19,851 bases of DNA from Archangium sp. (GTDB taxonomy: Bacteria; Myxococcota; Myxococcia; Myxococcales; Myxococcaceae): NCBI GenBank assembly GCA_031367385.1, contig JANLPS010000223.1, positions 1-19,851 on the forward strand, written 5' to 3'. Positions 17,986 to 19,851 of this stretch are shown here, piece after piece. Made by a program: the position numbers and the translations under genes. Position 1 is the stretch's first letter; each line of letters begins with the position of its first letter. Below the pieces are notes generated by a model, which saw nothing but the letters and a program-made list of their open reading frames with translations, searched no databases and had not been told where the DNA came from.

Positions 17986-18701
17986 TGGCCCCTGACGCGA
18001 ATGACATACACCAGCCGCGCCACCTGCTTGAGCACGTTGGGCACCCGGCGAAAGAGGTGAATCGACGGCTGCCGCTTCTCATGCAGCTGAATCGGTATCT
18101 CCCGAACCTCGAGGCCTTCGCGCCAGGCACGCACCACGAATTCAGAGGCGAACACGTCCATATCGACGACGCACTTGTCGATGACGGGCAGCAGCGCCTC
18201 GCGCCGAAAGGCCTTGAGGCCGTGGGTGTCGGTGCCCTTGAAGCCCAACGCAACGCGCAACAAGCCGTTGTGCATGCGGGTGGCGACCCGCCGAACGATG
18301 GGCCGCTGGTCAGAGGCGCCCTTGGCCGCCTTCGAGCCGACGATCAGGTCAGCGTCGCGCCGCTCGAGCCGGGGTATGGCCTGGTCATAGAAGACGAGAT
18401 CGCACAAATCGATTTCGTCGCAGACCACCAGCGTGCCGCGGGCCTCGAGAATGCCGCGCTTGAGCGCCGACCCGTAGTTGGGAGTTTCAGAGTGAAACCA
18501 CCGCAAGCGTGGGTTCTTCGCGCACATCTGCTCGAGCAGGGCGGGCGTCGAGTCACGGGAGCCGTTCTCGGCGAAAATGATTTCGTAGTCCCAGCCGCGC
18601 TCGGCCAGACCGGCGGAGAGCTCACGGGCGGCCTGCTCGATGATGGCCTCCTCGTTGTAGACGGGGATGACGACCGAAATGTGGGGCGTCTGCGCAGGCA
18701 T
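17982..18701 (-). CDS. Glycosyltransferase family 2 (polyprenol-phosphate glycosyltransferase/DPM-synthase-like)
   Basis: ISVVIPVYNEE, ENGSRDST, NYGSALKRG, DLIVGSK, DTHGLKAFRR, VREIPI. ATG 18701 chosen because the longer ORF overlaps the divergent zinc-ribbon gene. Confidence 0.92.
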   Translation of the reverse strand: MPAQTPHISVVIPVYNEEAIIEQAARELSAGLAERGWDYEIIFAENGSRDSTPALLEQMCAKNPRLRWFHSETPNYGSALKRGILEARGTLVVCDEIDLCDLVFYDQAIPRLERRDADLIVGSKAAKGASDQRPIVRRVATRMHNGLLRVALGFKGTDTHGLKAFRREALLPVIDKCVVDMDVFASEFVVRAWREGLEVREIPIQLHEKRQPSIHLFRRVPNVLKQVARLVYVIRVRGQ

Positions 18702-18797
18702 AAGAACGACCGAGCGCCTAACACGATGAATCGCCAGCGTCACCCTTGTGAAGTAGCGTGCGGCCGGTTCCGTACAGGCCCCCGTGCTGGGAGCATC

Positions 18798-19851
18798 ATG
18801 AAAGTCTCGTGTCCCTCCTGCAGTGCAACGCTCAACATCGACGACAAGAAGATCCCTGCCGGAGGCGCGCGCATCAAGTGCCCGACCTGCAGCAACGTCT
18901 TCCCCGTCAAACCGGGAGCCGTCGCGCTCCCTGGCATGGCAGCCCCGGCTCCCGCCGCCGCCGCGCCGCCCCCGGTCTCGGGCGCGGTGCCGTTGCCAGG
19001 CCTGTCGGTGGCCAAGCCGACCCGCCAGAATTGGGAAGAAGCGCCCACCCGCGCGGTGCCGATGAGCGGTATCCCCGGGGCGTTGACCGCGGCCGCTCCG
19101 CCTTCGAACGTGAACGTGCCACCGCCTGGCCAGCCGATGTCGGCGGCGCAGAGCGCGCGTACCGCCGTGATGCCCGCGCTGACCCGCACGCACCTGGTCA
19201 ACTCGGCCGGCGCCGTGCCGCTGCCCGGGCCCGCGTTGCCCACCAGCCCCTTCGCTGACTTCGGCTCGTCAGAAGAGCAGACCAGCGTGGGCGAGATACC
19301 CAGGGCCCCGGCGCCCGAGCCCATCGACGATGGGTTCTCGACCGATTCGGTGCCGCAGCCGACCCGCATCGACGCGCGCGAGCAGACCCTCGGCTCGGCG
19401 GGCATCGCCTTCTCGAGCCCCTCTGGCTCGGTGCCGTTGCCGGGGTCGAGCTCGGGCGTGAGCAAAGGCTCCGACGTTCGCGCCAGCCCCTCTTCGTCGG
19501 GCGTGCCGTTGCCCGGTGGCAGCCGCGCTCCCAGCTCGCGGCCCTCGGGCGTCTCGGGGGGAGTGCCCCTGCCGGGCGCTTCGACCCGCCAATCATCGGC
19601 CGGGTTCACCGCCCCGCCTCAGCAGGAGACGTACGTCGGGCAGCCTGGCGCGGTGCCGCTGCCCGGCGCCTACGAGCAGCCTGCGCAAGAGGGCTTCGGC
19701 GGGGGCGCGTACGAGCAGCCTGCGCAGCAAGAAGGCTTCGGCGGCGGCGCGTACGAGCAGCAACCGCAAGAGGGCTTCGGCGGCGGGGCGTATGAGCAGC
19801 CGCAGCAGCAAGCCTTCGGCGGTGGCGCGTATGAGCAGCCGCAGCAGCAAG
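18798..19851 (+). CDS. MJ0042-family zinc-ribbon protein with long Pro/Gly-rich disordered region, 3'-truncated
   Basis: Manual translation: GGGAG RBS, then MKVSCPSCSATLNIDDKKIPAGGARIKCPTCSNVFPVKP; frame open to the window end. Absent from the ORF track because it has no stop. Confidence 0.92.
   Translation, partial: MKVSCPSCSATLNIDDKKIPAGGARIKCPTCSNVFPVKPGAVALPGMAAPAPAAAAPPPVSGAVPLPGLSVAKPTRQNWEEAPTRAVPMSGIPGALTAAAPPSNVNVPPPGQPMSAAQSARTAVMPALTRTHLVNSAGAVPLPGPALPTSPFADFGSSEEQTSVGEIPRAPAPEPIDDGFSTDSVPQPTRIDAREQTLGSAGIAFSSPSGSVPLPGSSSGVSKGSDVRASPSSSGVPLPGGSRAPSSRPSGVSGGVPLPGASTRQSSAGFTAPPQQETYVGQPGAVPLPGAYEQPAQEGFGGGAYEQPAQQEGFGGGAYEQQPQEGFGGGAYEQPQQQAFGGGAYEQPQQQ
19665..19851 (+). repeat. Coding tandem repeat, 39-42 bp unit (GAYEQPxQ(Q)EGFGG), at least 5 copies
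   Basis: TAC/TAT-GAG-CAG anchors at 19671, 19710, 19752, 19791, 19830. Confidence 0.9.

Noticed and set aside
18702..19193. N-terminal extension of the GT2 ORF
   Set aside because: It is antisense to the zinc-ribbon gene; the GT2 fold starts right after ATG 18701.

Overview
High-GC (roughly 65-70% by eye) bacterial DNA, most likely from a Myxococcota (Myxococcaceae/Archangiaceae-like) genome, judging by the MYXO-CTERM-type tail, PEGA-bearing Ser/Thr kinases, choice-of-anchor-D proteins, a TIGR02996-like motif and an MJ0042-type zinc-ribbon protein. From left to right: a 5'-truncated large Ig-like repeat surface protein, a surface-anchored S8 protease, dtd, and a beta-propeller lipoprotein. 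A disturbed accessory tract follows (about 7.1-9.8 kb): an internally deleted esterase pseudogene, nine 21-bp tandem repeats, an AT-rich promoter-like stretch, an intact lower-GC orphan helical protein with its own terminator, and a three-part chimera of kinase and other gene fragments. Next come msrP with no adjacent msrQ, a divergent AlkD-like gene, a small Cys-rich lipoprotein, a Ser/Thr kinase, a highly structured intergenic region (G4 motif plus a 100-nt hairpin), a TIGR02996-like gene, a minus-strand GT2-deacetylase-kinase operon, and a 3'-truncated zinc-ribbon protein missing from the ORF track. The best candidates for something undescribed are the 21-bp repeat plus orphan helical gene cassette (7560-8831) with its deletion-scarred flanks, and the structured element at 13741-13989. 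All family calls come from motif recognition by eye; no searches were run.
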